A stretch of 64,000 bases of DNA from assembly GCA_034669905.1 (NCBI GenBank), contig JAXMOL010000007.1, forward strand, positions 32,001 through 96,000, in the 5' to 3' direction. Positions 1 through 9,275 of this stretch are shown piece after piece. The first letter of the stretch is position 1; each line of letters opens with the position of its first letter. This DNA comes from Candidatus Hydrogenedentota bacterium (GTDB taxonomy: Bacteria > Hydrogenedentota > Hydrogenedentia > Hydrogenedentales > JAEUWI01). Under the pieces are notes generated by a model, which had not been told where the DNA came from, did not search any database, and worked only from the letters and a program-made list of their open reading frames with translations. A program made the translations under genes and the position numbers.

Positions 1-1
1 G

Positions 2-388
2 GAAAGCACTTTTCGGCCCAACCTGACCTCCCACGCGGGGGCCAGCGGGGTCATGCAGCTCATGCCGCCCACGGCCAAATGGCTCGCCCAGGTGGATCCC
101 AATATCGAAAACCGACACGTCGCCAACCTGGAGTCCCCGGTCAATTCCCTCCGTCTGGGGGCCTATTACATCCTGCGAATGTTTGAGCGCTCCAACGGCA
201 ATCTGGTGGACACCCTTGCCTCGTATAATGGTGGCCCGGGCAACCGGGACAAATGGCGTAAACGCTTTCCCAACCACGACTTCGACGCCTTCGTGGAGGC
301 CATCCCCTTTGAAGAGACCAAGAACTACGTGAAGAAGGTATTGGGGAATTATGCCGCCTATCGTTCCCTCTACGAGCCCGTGGGCTGA
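2..388 (+). CDS. Soluble lytic transglycosylase (SLT domain), 3' part; 5' end lies before the window
   Basis: Frame open from base 2: ESTFRP...SHAGASGVMQLMP, ASYNGGPG, ETKNYVKKV are SLT catalytic motifs. Confidence 0.9.
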   Translation, partial: ESTFRPNLTSHAGASGVMQLMPPTAKWLAQVDPNIENRHVANLESPVNSLRLGAYYILRMFERSNGNLVDTLASYNGGPGNRDKWRKRFPNHDFDAFVEAIPFEETKNYVKKVLGNYAAYRSLYEPVG

Positions 389-578
389 CCGGGAGTAGTT
401 GAGTCCCCAAAGCGCTTCGATAGGTCGTGACGTGGTGTACAGAAAGTGTTCAACGTTGAATGATTATGAGTGCCTAGTGACAACAATAAGTTGTCGAATG
501 TGGTGCCGATTGCACTGCTACCGATGGCGTAGCATTGTAACCTATTGTGAACAAGATGCTTAAGAAGTTGTGTTGAAT

Positions 579-593
579 TGGCGTAGTTCTTGC
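579..593 (+). promoter_or_regulatory. Sigma-54 (-24/-12) promoter of first PEP-CTERM gene
   Basis: TGGCGTAGTTCTTGC = GG-N10-GC; a near-identical site precedes the paralog. Confidence 0.7.
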
Positions 594-686
594 GCACTAT
601 CCCCCAGTGCGAGGAGTTTTCCCTCGTAAAGTTTTTACTGCGGTTCGCAATGGGTGAATCGCAATTATGACGGGAGTGTGTTGATA

Positions 687-1565
687 ATGAGAACCGCCTT
701 TTTAAAGTTGGGTGTTGCACTGGCCATGGGCTTGGCCGTGCTGCCAGCCTCTGCGCTGACCATCGAGACGAATGCCAATTATGAAGTAGAACACAATTTC
801 TTCGGCACGGAAACCGATTCCGATGGCCCGAACACCGCCAGTTCCGGTAGTGTCGAATCTTATGTCACCTACGGTAGTTTCATCGTTGAAGCTGGTCCCG
901 CTGAGGAAGGCGTCTCCTCAGAGGAAGAATTTGGTAGCTTTGGTGACGCCAATGCCTTCGCCGCGGATTCGGGCCGACTGGCTACGGGTGCGTATCTCCT
1001 TGCCGAAGATGACGTGTCCTCCATGGACTTTCACGCCACGACGTCCTGGTCGAATACCTTCACCAACACAACCGGTGGCAACGCTAATTTCGACTTCGAC
1101 TTCAACTTTTCCGGCGGACGCCTCGACATCGACGGCAACGGTGGTATGGCCATGTTCAGCCTGGATATCCTGTTGAACGGCAGTTCCATCTGGAACCGCA
1201 CGGCCAGCCTCTCGGGTAACGCTTCTCTCGGGACTGATGTCTTCGATTCCGGTGGTCTCGATCATATCCTGGGCGGGACGGGGAATTACGTGACCGCTTC
1301 CTTCAGCGCTTTCTCTGACAGCCTGGACCTGGGGGATTTTGCCAACGGCGATTCCTTTGAGTTGACCTATGTCATCGAATCCTGGGCGAAGACCGATGAA
1401 AACTTCAGCTACGTGAGTGCCAACGTCGGCGACCCCTTCAGCGGCGGTTTCTCCGGCGCGGTAAGCACGTCTTCCTCCGCGCCCGTTCCCGAGCCGACCA
1501 CCATGGCTTTGCTCGGCATGGGTATCGTCGGTTTGGGCGCCCGTCGTCTGCGCAAGAAAAACTGA
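687..1565 (+). CDS. PEP-CTERM sorting-domain surface protein
   Basis: Signal peptide MRTAFLKLGVALAMGLAVLPASA (ATG 687); C-terminus VPEPTTMALLGMGIVGLGARRLRKKN. Confidence 0.92.
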   Translation: MRTAFLKLGVALAMGLAVLPASALTIETNANYEVEHNFFGTETDSDGPNTASSGSVESYVTYGSFIVEAGPAEEGVSSEEEFGSFGDANAFAADSGRLATGAYLLAEDDVSSMDFHATTSWSNTFTNTTGGNANFDFDFNFSGGRLDIDGNGGMAMFSLDILLNGSSIWNRTASLSGNASLGTDVFDSGGLDHILGGTGNYVTASFSAFSDSLDLGDFANGDSFELTYVIESWAKTDENFSYVSANVGDPFSGGFSGAVSTSSSAPVPEPTTMALLGMGIVGLGARRLRKKN

Positions 1566-1601
1566 TTCGACGATACGTCGATATCAGTTGGAAGTTTGCC
1601 C

Positions 1602-1631
1602 AAGGGCTCCGCACGAAGCGGGGCCCTTTTT
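1602..1631 (+). terminator. Rho-independent terminator
   Basis: AAGGGCTCCGC-acgaa-GCGGGGCCCTT followed by TTT. Confidence 0.8.
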
Positions 1632-2018
1632 GTGCGTTGCAGGGCAAAGGGCTGTCTGCCACACCGAAATTTTGCGTTCCGGCAGCCAGTTTCAACAAAG
1701 AAGTCTTTTGGCATGCTATTTCGCGGGGGAGCTTTCGTTCGTTGAACGATACGGAGCGCATTTGCTCCAGTGCGGTGTGAAAGACGGGTCGCTGTTTAAG
1801 ATTCTCGGGTATTGGAGGGAAAGAACAGGCGCTGAGGCCCAGGGGAGTGAGCTGATTATTTGGGGGGCAGAGTGCGGGAAATAATAGTCATACGTGACCT
1901 GTTAGTAACGATTACATCTAGAAAAGTAAGGTGATTGATACATTGAAATAGACAGGATTTTCTATAGCGTAGTCCTAAGCTATTACCATTATTGATCGAC
2001 CAATAGTTCATGTTACTA

Positions 2019-2033
2019 TGGTGCAGTTCTTGC
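2019..2033 (+). promoter_or_regulatory. Sigma-54 (-24/-12) promoter of second PEP-CTERM gene
   Basis: TGGTGCAGTTCTTGC = GG-N10-GC. Confidence 0.65.
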
Positions 2034-2123
2034 ATGTTTTTTTCGACGGGGCTTCGATTTTCATTCGGAAATCGGTGGGCACCATTGGGCATCAATCAAC
2101 AAGATAGAAGGAAAAAAATAATC

Positions 2124-2972
2124 ATGAAGCGATCAGTGTGGACGTTTTTGGGGGCCATGGTTTGGGCTGTAACTATTCAGCCAGTCAGCGCGGTGAGTAT
2201 CACGGCAGACGTGCGCTATGACGTGGTTCATAATACGAACGGGGCCGAGAGTGATCGGGTAGGCCCGACGACGTCAAGCAGTGGGTACCTTGACAATGAA
2301 ATTTCCTATCTAGCGGCTTCGCCGGGTTCATCGGGAGTTTTCAGTAGGATCGTCGCGGGCTCCATCGCCGATGAAAGTGGTTGGTTGGCGGGCGGCGGCC
2401 TCATGGAATTCAATGATGACGTGACGACGATGTCCTTTCAGTCCGTTTCGAGCTGGTCGGATACCATTACCAACACGACGGGTGGAGCCGCCACATTCGA
2501 CTTCGATTTTCTCGTTACCGACGGATATCTATACGTTCAGGACGCGGGTATGGCGAAGTTTCAGCTGGAGGTTTTGGTAGATGGGGCCAGCATCTGGAGC
2601 AGCACGGCAAGTCTGGAACTCGACGGGCTGGGCAATCCCGCACTTATAGAGACCGATGGCCACGCCAGCATCATCACAGACTATGGTAGCATCGTAAGCG
2701 TTGAGTTTGAAGAGTTTTCGGGAAATATCCTGTTGGGTTCTTTGGCGCACGGTGAATCCCTGGACCTGACGTATCGTCTTTCGGTCATGGGAAGCCTCAC
2801 GCAGGAGTATTCATTCGTCAACGCCCGGGTTGGCGCTCCCAACTCGGCGGGATTCTCGGGAACCGTTAATTCAACGCCTGTCTCTGCACCCGTTCCCGAG
2901 CCCACCACCATGGCATTGCTCGGCATGGGTATTGCCGGTCTGGGTGCCCGTCGTCTGCGCAAGAAAAACTGA
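2124..2972 (+). CDS. PEP-CTERM sorting-domain surface protein (paralog of 687..1565)
   Basis: Signal peptide from ATG 2124; shared SWSxTxTNTTGGxAxFDFDF motif; C-terminus VPEPTTMALLGMGIAGLGARRLRKKN. Confidence 0.92.
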   Translation: MKRSVWTFLGAMVWAVTIQPVSAVSITADVRYDVVHNTNGAESDRVGPTTSSSGYLDNEISYLAASPGSSGVFSRIVAGSIADESGWLAGGGLMEFNDDVTTMSFQSVSSWSDTITNTTGGAATFDFDFLVTDGYLYVQDAGMAKFQLEVLVDGASIWSSTASLELDGLGNPALIETDGHASIITDYGSIVSVEFEEFSGNILLGSLAHGESLDLTYRLSVMGSLTQEYSFVNARVGAPNSAGFSGTVNSTPVSAPVPEPTTMALLGMGIAGLGARRLRKKN

Positions 2973-3015
2973 TTCGACGATACGGCGACAAGAACTTCAT
3001 CGATAGAATCTCTCC

Positions 3016-3044
3016 AGGGCTTCGCAGTTTGCGGAGCCCTTTTT
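3016..3044 (+). terminator. Rho-independent terminator
   Basis: AGGGCTTCGCA-gtt-TGCGGAGCCCT followed by TTTT. Confidence 0.8.
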
Positions 3045-3255
3045 CGCATCCAACAGGCCCATTTGATTATCCTGCACCCGTAAGGCCGTTTGTGCCTCAC
3101 GTCCGTAAGGGTGGCACCCCTGGGTAACGGAGGGACGTGTCCGCCTCAGGGTTCGAAACTCGCGTCGCGCTCCCGTTAGTCCTATAATGAATCCTTCCCA
3201 AGGCTTTATGTTTCGCAGGAGGAGTTCTGCCCTGCTGATCAACAAGGAGAGAGCA

Positions 3256-4662
3256 ATGTCGAGTAGCAAGTTGAGTCGTCGCGCCTTCCTGGCGGCAACC
3301 ACCACCACGGCGGTCACCCTGGCGGCCGCCGCGCCCAACGATGCCAAGGTGGTACCGGGCAAAGTGTCCCCCAATGAGAAACTGAATATCGCCGCCATTG
3401 GCGCGGGGGGGAAGGGCTCGTCCGATATTGGCAACTGCGCAGATCTTGGAGAAAATGTGGTTGCCCTTTGCGACGTGGACTGGGACCGGGCCAAGCATAC
3501 CTTCAACAGTATGCCCAAGGCCGCCAAGTTCAAGGATTACCGGAACATGTTGGAAGCCATGCCGGAGATCGATGCGCTGACCATTTCCACGCCGGACCAC
3601 ACCCACGCGCCGGCCGCTTATATGGCCATGAAGATGGGTAAACACGTCTACGTGCAAAAGCCGCTGACCCACACGGTCGCCGAGGCGCGGTTGCTGAAAA
3701 ACACGGCCGCCGAAATGGGGGTCACGACCCAGATGGGTAACCAGGGACACTGTGGCGATGGCGCCCGTCAGTTGTGTGAAATGATTTGGACGGGTGCCAT
3801 TGGCAACGTGAAGGAAGCCCACGTCTGGACCAGCCGCCCGGTGTGGGATAACCAGGGCATGGACCATCCCCTTCCACCGGAAGTGACGCCCGAAAATCTC
3901 GATTGGGATCGTTGGATTGGCTGCGCGCCCTGGCGTCCCTACAACAAGAAGCTGGCGCCCCACGATTGGCGCGCTTGGCAGGATTTCGGGGGCGGCTCTC
4001 TGGGCGACATGGCCTGTCACATCATGGACCCCGTCTACATGGCCCTGAAGCTGGTGGAGGCCAAGAATTACTCCGTGGAAGTGGTGATGCGCAAGGGCGT
4101 CACGACCGAGACTTTCCCGGTGGCCAGCACCATTAAGTATTCCTTCCCCGAACGGGGCGACATGCCCCCCGTGGATGTCTATTGGTACGACGGCCACTGG
4201 CCCGATCCCAACACGGGCGAAAAGGTCCACAATCTGCCCGAGTGGCCCAAGAACGTCCCGGCGGACCAGCCCTTTGGGGATCCCAAGGGCTACGGCGGTT
4301 CCAATGGCTCCTTCATGATCGGCGACGGGGGCATTGTCACGACTGGAGAATATGGTGGCGACACGCGACTCATGCCCGCTTCCTCCATGGCCGACTACAC
4401 CATGCCCGAGCCCTTCCTCGACCGCATCCCCGATGAGAATCCGTATAAGAACTGGATTGACGGCATCAAGGGGGGCTACAAGCCCGCGTCCAACTTTGAC
4501 TACTCCGGGCCCTTCACCGAGATGGTGAACTTCGGTAACCTGGTGGTTAAGTCGGGCAAGAAGCTCAAGTGGGACAACGTCAAAGGCGAGGTCACGAACG
4601 TGAAAAACGCCAGGGAAATCGTGAGTAAAGAATACCGCACGGGCTGGGAATTGCCCTGCTAG
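3256..4662 (+). CDS. Gfo/Idh/MocA-family oxidoreductase, Tat-exported
   Basis: SRRAFL Tat motif; IGAGGKG Rossmann motif; STPDHTH, HVYVQKPL, GDMACH; RBS AAGGAG before ATG 3256. Confidence 0.92.
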   Translation: MSSSKLSRRAFLAATTTTAVTLAAAAPNDAKVVPGKVSPNEKLNIAAIGAGGKGSSDIGNCADLGENVVALCDVDWDRAKHTFNSMPKAAKFKDYRNMLEAMPEIDALTISTPDHTHAPAAYMAMKMGKHVYVQKPLTHTVAEARLLKNTAAEMGVTTQMGNQGHCGDGARQLCEMIWTGAIGNVKEAHVWTSRPVWDNQGMDHPLPPEVTPENLDWDRWIGCAPWRPYNKKLAPHDWRAWQDFGGGSLGDMACHIMDPVYMALKLVEAKNYSVEVVMRKGVTTETFPVASTIKYSFPERGDMPPVDVYWYDGHWPDPNTGEKVHNLPEWPKNVPADQPFGDPKGYGGSNGSFMIGDGGIVTTGEYGGDTRLMPASSMADYTMPEPFLDRIPDENPYKNWIDGIKGGYKPASNFDYSGPFTEMVNFGNLVVKSGKKLKWDNVKGEVTNVKNAREIVSKEYRTGWELPC

Positions 4663-4683
4663 CGATGGTCGTGTGAAATCAAT

Positions 4684-4721
4684 AATCCCCGGCGCAGTCT
4701 AAGGATCGCGCCGGGGATTTT
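4684..4721 (+). terminator. Rho-independent terminator
   Basis: AATCCCCGGCGC ... GCGCCGGGGATT followed by TT. Confidence 0.75.
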
Positions 4722-4729
4722 CTATAGGC

Positions 4730-4804
4730 GGTGGGCTTGTGGGACTCGTGGGACTCGTGGGACCCAGTATTCCCACCGGTCCCAATTGTCCCACTGGTCC
4801 TACC
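4730..4804. repeat. Short palindromic element of ~9-nt GTGGGAC units and inverted GTCCCA units
   Basis: gtgggactc gtgggactc gtgggaccc, then ttcccaccg gtcccaatt gtcccactg gtcctacc. Confidence 0.6.
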
Positions 4805-4830
4805 GCGTGCAAGCTCCCGGTCACGGAGGT

Positions 4831-5796
4831 TTAACCTTCCAGGCGTTCGAAGTCGTTGCCATTCAGCTTAACCAGCTCCCGCGTTACTTCGTCGCCCTTT
4901 ACGTGGCGGACGAGATAGTGATGAAAGCGGCCGGAGGGCTCGATGCGGGGACTCAGCTTGGCACCACCCCCGGCGGTCAGGGTGTAGCGCACGCTGTCGA
5001 TGACTTCGGTGGCGTAGCCGTGGATGTGGGCCATAAACACCTCGGTCACGCCATGCTGGACGAAGAGCTGGTGGGATTCGTGCTCGTTGTTTTTGTAGCC
5101 CCGGCGGGGACGGTCGTTGACGAAGGTGGCTTCAAAGAACAAGGGGGGGATGTGATAGAACACATATTTGTGGGGGGCCTGGCTTTCGCTCAGCGCCTTT
5201 TCCAGATAGGCCATACCGTCATCGGTTACGCCTTTCTGGGTGCTGTTGTTGATGCCCACGAAAAGGCAATTGCCCATTTCAAAACAGAATTCATCACCAC
5301 CGTGGAGGGCCTTGAAGGCCGCGTAGTCCCGCCAGGCACCACGCTCGTGGTTGCCGGGTACGGAGAGCACAGGAACCGGGTCCACCAGGTCAATGAGGGG
5401 CGTGAGGCTTTCGTAGTATTCGGCAGCCGTCCCGCCCCGGACGATGTCACCCGTGTGAAAGAGGACGACCGGATTGTCTTCCTTTGCGGCGCCGAAAATC
5501 CGGGTGGCCACCTTCATGCGTTTCCGGGTATCGCCCAGCACGACGAAGGAAAAGGAATCCCCTTCGGGCATCCGCGTGTTGGCCCGGGCGATCATGGTTT
5601 CATAGCCATACTTCGGGCACAAGTCCCGTAAGGCATCGACGCCCCGACGGGAGGCAATCAGTTTGCGGGTCTGCACGACGCCCAGCCCCGCAAGGAAGAG
5701 GACGAAGACAAGGACGCCCGCCAGGGCCCCCTGGGTGTAGAAGACGAGGCCGAGGGCAATGAGACCGAGCAGGAGAACAAGTTGTTTCTTTTTCAC
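4831..5796 (-). CDS. Membrane-anchored metallophosphoesterase (calcineurin-like)
   Basis: GDT, TGDIV, PGNHE, HIP, AHIH motifs; N-terminal hydrophobic segments; GTG start 5796 with AAAGGA RBS. Confidence 0.88.
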   Translation of the reverse strand: MKKKQLVLLLGLIALGLVFYTQGALAGVLVFVLFLAGLGVVQTRKLIASRRGVDALRDLCPKYGYETMIARANTRMPEGDSFSFVVLGDTRKRMKVATRIFGAAKEDNPVVLFHTGDIVRGGTAAEYYESLTPLIDLVDPVPVLSVPGNHERGAWRDYAAFKALHGGDEFCFEMGNCLFVGINNSTQKGVTDDGMAYLEKALSESQAPHKYVFYHIPPLFFEATFVNDRPRRGYKNNEHESHQLFVQHGVTEVFMAHIHGYATEVIDSVRYTLTAGGGAKLSPRIEPSGRFHHYLVRHVKGDEVTRELVKLNGNDFERLEG

Positions 5797-5974
5797 GGGA
5801 ATTCCTTTATCAATGAGGTTGCCCGTACCAGGGCACGGGGCAACGGGAATGGGGAAGGATGTTGGACGGTCCCGGGGCGGACACACGGGGGAAACGACCA
5901 TAACACCACGTAATTATAGTGCGTGCCGGGGGAGTGAATCGAATCATGCCCCCGGGGTCCCCAGCCTGCTCCAC

Positions 5975-8080
5975 CTACTCTACGTTGATGCGAACAATGG
6001 AGGGGGCCAGGTTCGCGGCAATCTCTTCGAGGGACATGGGAGTGTTGGGCGCGCCCGCCGCTTCGGAGAGTTGTACGACGCCACCCGCTTCCACGAGGGG
6101 TAGTATCACCGTGGCCTTCACGGCGAAGTTGATGCCCTGCGAGACCGTCTGGGAAACGTCCAGGGTCTTCTGGTCATTGAGTTTCTGAGATACGATTCCG
6201 ACCCAGCGGCCATATTGGTCCAACACCGGGCCACCCGAGCTCCCCGGGTTGACGGGGGCGGTGATCTGCATGTAGCGTTGCTCGCCATCCAGCCGCTGGA
6301 GGGCGGCGATGTTCCCACTACCCACGATGGGGTCGGCACTGTCTCGTATTCCGCCGAGGGGATAGCCGAGACAGTGAATGGTGGCCCCCACGTTGGGGTC
6401 ATCGGCTGCCACAGGAATCGGCGTGCCCGTAAGCCCGTCGACCCGGAGGAGTGCCCAGTCGTTGGCGGTATCCATTGTCACCACCGTTGCGGCATACGCT
6501 GTGCCCGCGGTCGAGGTGGCCCGCACGGTGTTGCCGCCCCGCACCACGTGGGCGCAGGTCAGTACGTACCCGTCCGCGACGAGGAATCCTGTGCCGACGC
6601 CCGGCCGTCTCCCACCCAGGGCGGGGGACTGGCCTTCCGGGGGCTTGTTCCAATCGGGGATAGCCTCTGCCAGCCGTTGTTCCGGTGGGAGCGCTTCGTC
6701 CAGCCGTTGAATTTCCTCGGCCCTGGCCTCATATTCCGGGTAGACCTTATTGACATGATCCACCAGGCGATAATATTCCTCCTCCCAACCGGCAAGTTCG
6801 CGCAGGGTTTCTTCCCGATTGAGGCTGTAGGTGATGAGGGCTTCTTCCACCTGCATGTCGGGACCGAGATCCTGGGACCATTGGTCATAGGCCGTGGTCA
6901 GCCGGTTGACCCGGTTGTCAGAAATCCCGATGAGCTCATAGCCCCGGTTGATCCGATAATAGAGGGATTCGACGAGCTTTATTTCTTCCCGGACCGCTTG
7001 CCACTGGGCATAGGCTTCCTGGCGTTGGGCCTGGCGTTGCGTCTCGCTCAGCTGCTGCCACTCCAGTCCCTTGATACGCCACCGTTCTTGCTCGAGGGCT
7101 TTTTCCCGGTCGCGGCGTTCTGTTTCCTGGGCCCGGTAGTGGGCCGCGATGCGCAGTTGCTTTTCCTTTTCACGCTGGGCATCAGCCTGTGCGATAGCGG
7201 CCTTGTTCTCGTGCCAGAGTGCCAGGAGGGCCTTTCTCTTTTCCGGATCGGCCGCGAGCGTGACGGTGGCCTTGGCCTTGAGCACGGATTCGACCCGACC
7301 CGTTTCCGGAACCCGGAGGAAATACTGGGACTCACTCTCGATGGCATAGACATCGTGATACACCACGCCGTCCGCGACGACCTGATCACCACGGCCCTGG
7401 AGGGCAGGGGGAATGGGCTTGAGCGCGGGGACGATGGTCCGTTCCAATTCGGCTTCGATGGCTTCCAGGGGCGGCTCTGTCGGTTCAAAGGGCCGGAGCA
7501 ATGCTTCGGCGATCGCAGCCTGCGTGGGCGGTGTTGCGACGCCGGCCTGGCCGGTCGTTCCGGAGGGGCCTTCGAGGGGAGGTGCGACGTCTGATTGGGC
7601 ATGCTGAGGAAGCATCGCTTTCTGCCACCAGACCACGCCGCCGCTGGCAACGGTGGCGAGGAAGACAAGGAGGAGGGCCGCCGTGTGCAGGCTGTTACGG
7701 GGGGCCGCAGGGGGCGTTGCAGGGGGGGCCGCCTTCGCACGGGCGGCGGGGGGCGCCGTTTGGGTGAAGGAGATGTCGTGGGCCGCCTCGGGATCGGTGG
7801 CTTTCCACAGGCGACGGACGAGTTCCATATACTCGTTCTTAAAGCGCTGGCGGGAATCGCCCTTGAGTTGCTTATAGCGATCGTGCAGCGCCTTCGCTTC
7901 CGGAAAGACTTCATCGGACAGGCGGTAATAGCGATTCCAGAGCCGATTTTGCTCAGCGGGATCGCGGGTCACCTGAATACAGGTTATGAGTGCCTTGGCC
8001 TCTGCAAGGGCCTGAGAATTCGGCTGCATAAATACGGTATTTCCCTGAAAAAAGTCATTGCCCTCATCTACATAGTGCAT
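5975..8080 (-). CDS. Membrane-anchored coiled-coil protein with C-terminal trypsin-like (S1C-type) serine protease
   Basis: TM segment, long charged helix, GTGFLV, TCAHV, NDWALL, NPGSSGGP triad motifs; no PDZ domain; start uncertain. Confidence 0.85.
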   Translation of the reverse strand: MHYVDEGNDFFQGNTVFMQPNSQALAEAKALITCIQVTRDPAEQNRLWNRYYRLSDEVFPEAKALHDRYKQLKGDSRQRFKNEYMELVRRLWKATDPEAAHDISFTQTAPPAARAKAAPPATPPAAPRNSLHTAALLLVFLATVASGGVVWWQKAMLPQHAQSDVAPPLEGPSGTTGQAGVATPPTQAAIAEALLRPFEPTEPPLEAIEAELERTIVPALKPIPPALQGRGDQVVADGVVYHDVYAIESESQYFLRVPETGRVESVLKAKATVTLAADPEKRKALLALWHENKAAIAQADAQREKEKQLRIAAHYRAQETERRDREKALEQERWRIKGLEWQQLSETQRQAQRQEAYAQWQAVREEIKLVESLYYRINRGYELIGISDNRVNRLTTAYDQWSQDLGPDMQVEEALITYSLNREETLRELAGWEEEYYRLVDHVNKVYPEYEARAEEIQRLDEALPPEQRLAEAIPDWNKPPEGQSPALGGRRPGVGTGFLVADGYVLTCAHVVRGGNTVRATSTAGTAYAATVVTMDTANDWALLRVDGLTGTPIPVAADDPNVGATIHCLGYPLGGIRDSADPIVGSGNIAALQRLDGEQRYMQITAPVNPGSSGGPVLDQYGRWVGIVSQKLNDQKTLDVSQTVSQGINFAVKATVILPLVEAGGVVQLSEAAGAPNTPMSLEEIAANLAPSIVRINVE

Positions 8081-8114
8081 CGCTTTTATGGGCTATGTCA
8101 ACGGGTGGTGGCCC

Positions 8115-9080
8115 CTACACGGGCACGGCTACCTCGTTCAGTATATCGTCGATTATGCCCTGCTTGGTCGAGCCGTCGTACTTGGACTTGGACGTGAGGA
8201 CCAGGCGGTGGGGTAAGACGTGGCGGGCCATGCGCTGGATGTCATCGGGGAGGACGACATCCCGTCCTGCGACCAGTGCGGCGGCCTTGGCCGCCTGGAA
8301 GAGCATCAGGGAGCCGCGAGGGCTAACGCCGAGCGTAAGGCGTACATCGTCCCGCGTGCGCTTGACCAGCGCGATAAGATAGTGGGCCAGGTCACGGCTC
8401 ATATCGATCGCGCGCACCTGCTGCTGAATGGCCAGCACCTCTTCCCCCGTCATGGCTTCTTTCAGCGATTCCAGGGGGTGTCGGTCGGCCTGGGCGTAGA
8501 GCATTTCCATCTCGGCGTCATCGCCGGGGTAACCCAGGCTGAGCTGCACGAGAAAGCGGTCGAGCTGGGCTTCGGGTAGGGGATACGTGCCATGGTATTC
8601 AACGGGGTTTTCGGTGGCGATGACGATAAACGGGGCGGCCAGAATATGGCTTTGCCCTTCTATGGTGACCTGCTGCTCGCTCATCGCCTCCAGGAGTGCC
8701 GACTGGGTCCGGGGGGAAGCCCGGTTTATCTCATCGGCGAGGAGCACATTGCAAAAGACCGGGCCAGGGCGAAAGTTAAAGTTGCCATCGACCGGGTTGT
8801 AGATGGACGAACCGAGAATGTCGGCGGGGAGGAGGTCGGGGGTGAACTGAATGCGGTTGTACTCCGCACCCATGGAGCTTGCCAGCGCCTTGGCCATCGT
8901 GGTTTTGCCCACGCCGGGCACATCCTCCATCAGGATAGAGCCCCCGGCGATCACCGCCGTGATCAGCAGCTCGATGACATCCTCCTTCCCCTGAATTACC
9001 TGCGCCAGATTCTGGCGCAGGGCTTCGATGCGTTGTTGTGCGACGTCGGGCGAAATCAGATTGCTGTTGGATGCTTCCAT
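8115..9080 (-). CDS. moxR: MoxR-family AAA+ ATPase
   Basis: EDVPGVGKT, RIQFTPDLLPAD, LADEINRASPRTQSALLEAM, YPLPEAQLDRF. Confidence 0.95.
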   Translation of the reverse strand: MEASNSNLISPDVAQQRIEALRQNLAQVIQGKEDVIELLITAVIAGGSILMEDVPGVGKTTMAKALASSMGAEYNRIQFTPDLLPADILGSSIYNPVDGNFNFRPGPVFCNVLLADEINRASPRTQSALLEAMSEQQVTIEGQSHILAAPFIVIATENPVEYHGTYPLPEAQLDRFLVQLSLGYPGDDAEMEMLYAQADRHPLESLKEAMTGEEVLAIQQQVRAIDMSRDLAHYLIALVKRTRDDVRLTLGVSPRGSLMLFQAAKAAALVAGRDVVLPDDIQRMARHVLPHRLVLTSKSKYDGSTKQGIIDDILNEVAVPV

Positions 9081-9225
9081 GGACTTCTCCGCTGCTCCTG
9101 ATCATGGGACCGGCATAGTGCCGATCACGTCGCCCCATTGTAGCAAATCCATCGGGAAAGGGGGATTGAGGCCCAAGGGTCCCCCCACCCTCCCCGAAGG
9201 GCCATCCCTCGAAGTGGACGATACG

Positions 9226-9259
9226 AAAAAAAACGCCGCAATCGAATACGATTGCGGCG
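9226..9259 (-). terminator. Rho-independent terminator of the mltD-like gene
   Basis: Minus strand: CGCCGCAATCG-tatt-CGATTGCGGCG followed by T8. Confidence 0.85.
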
Positions 9260-9275
9260 GGGAGAACAGAGCAAT

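Noticed and set aside
3070..3160. Possible REP-like element downstream of the second PEP-CTERM terminator
   Set aside because: Only short hairpins and a CCGTAAGG duplication, single copy in the window; insufficient support.
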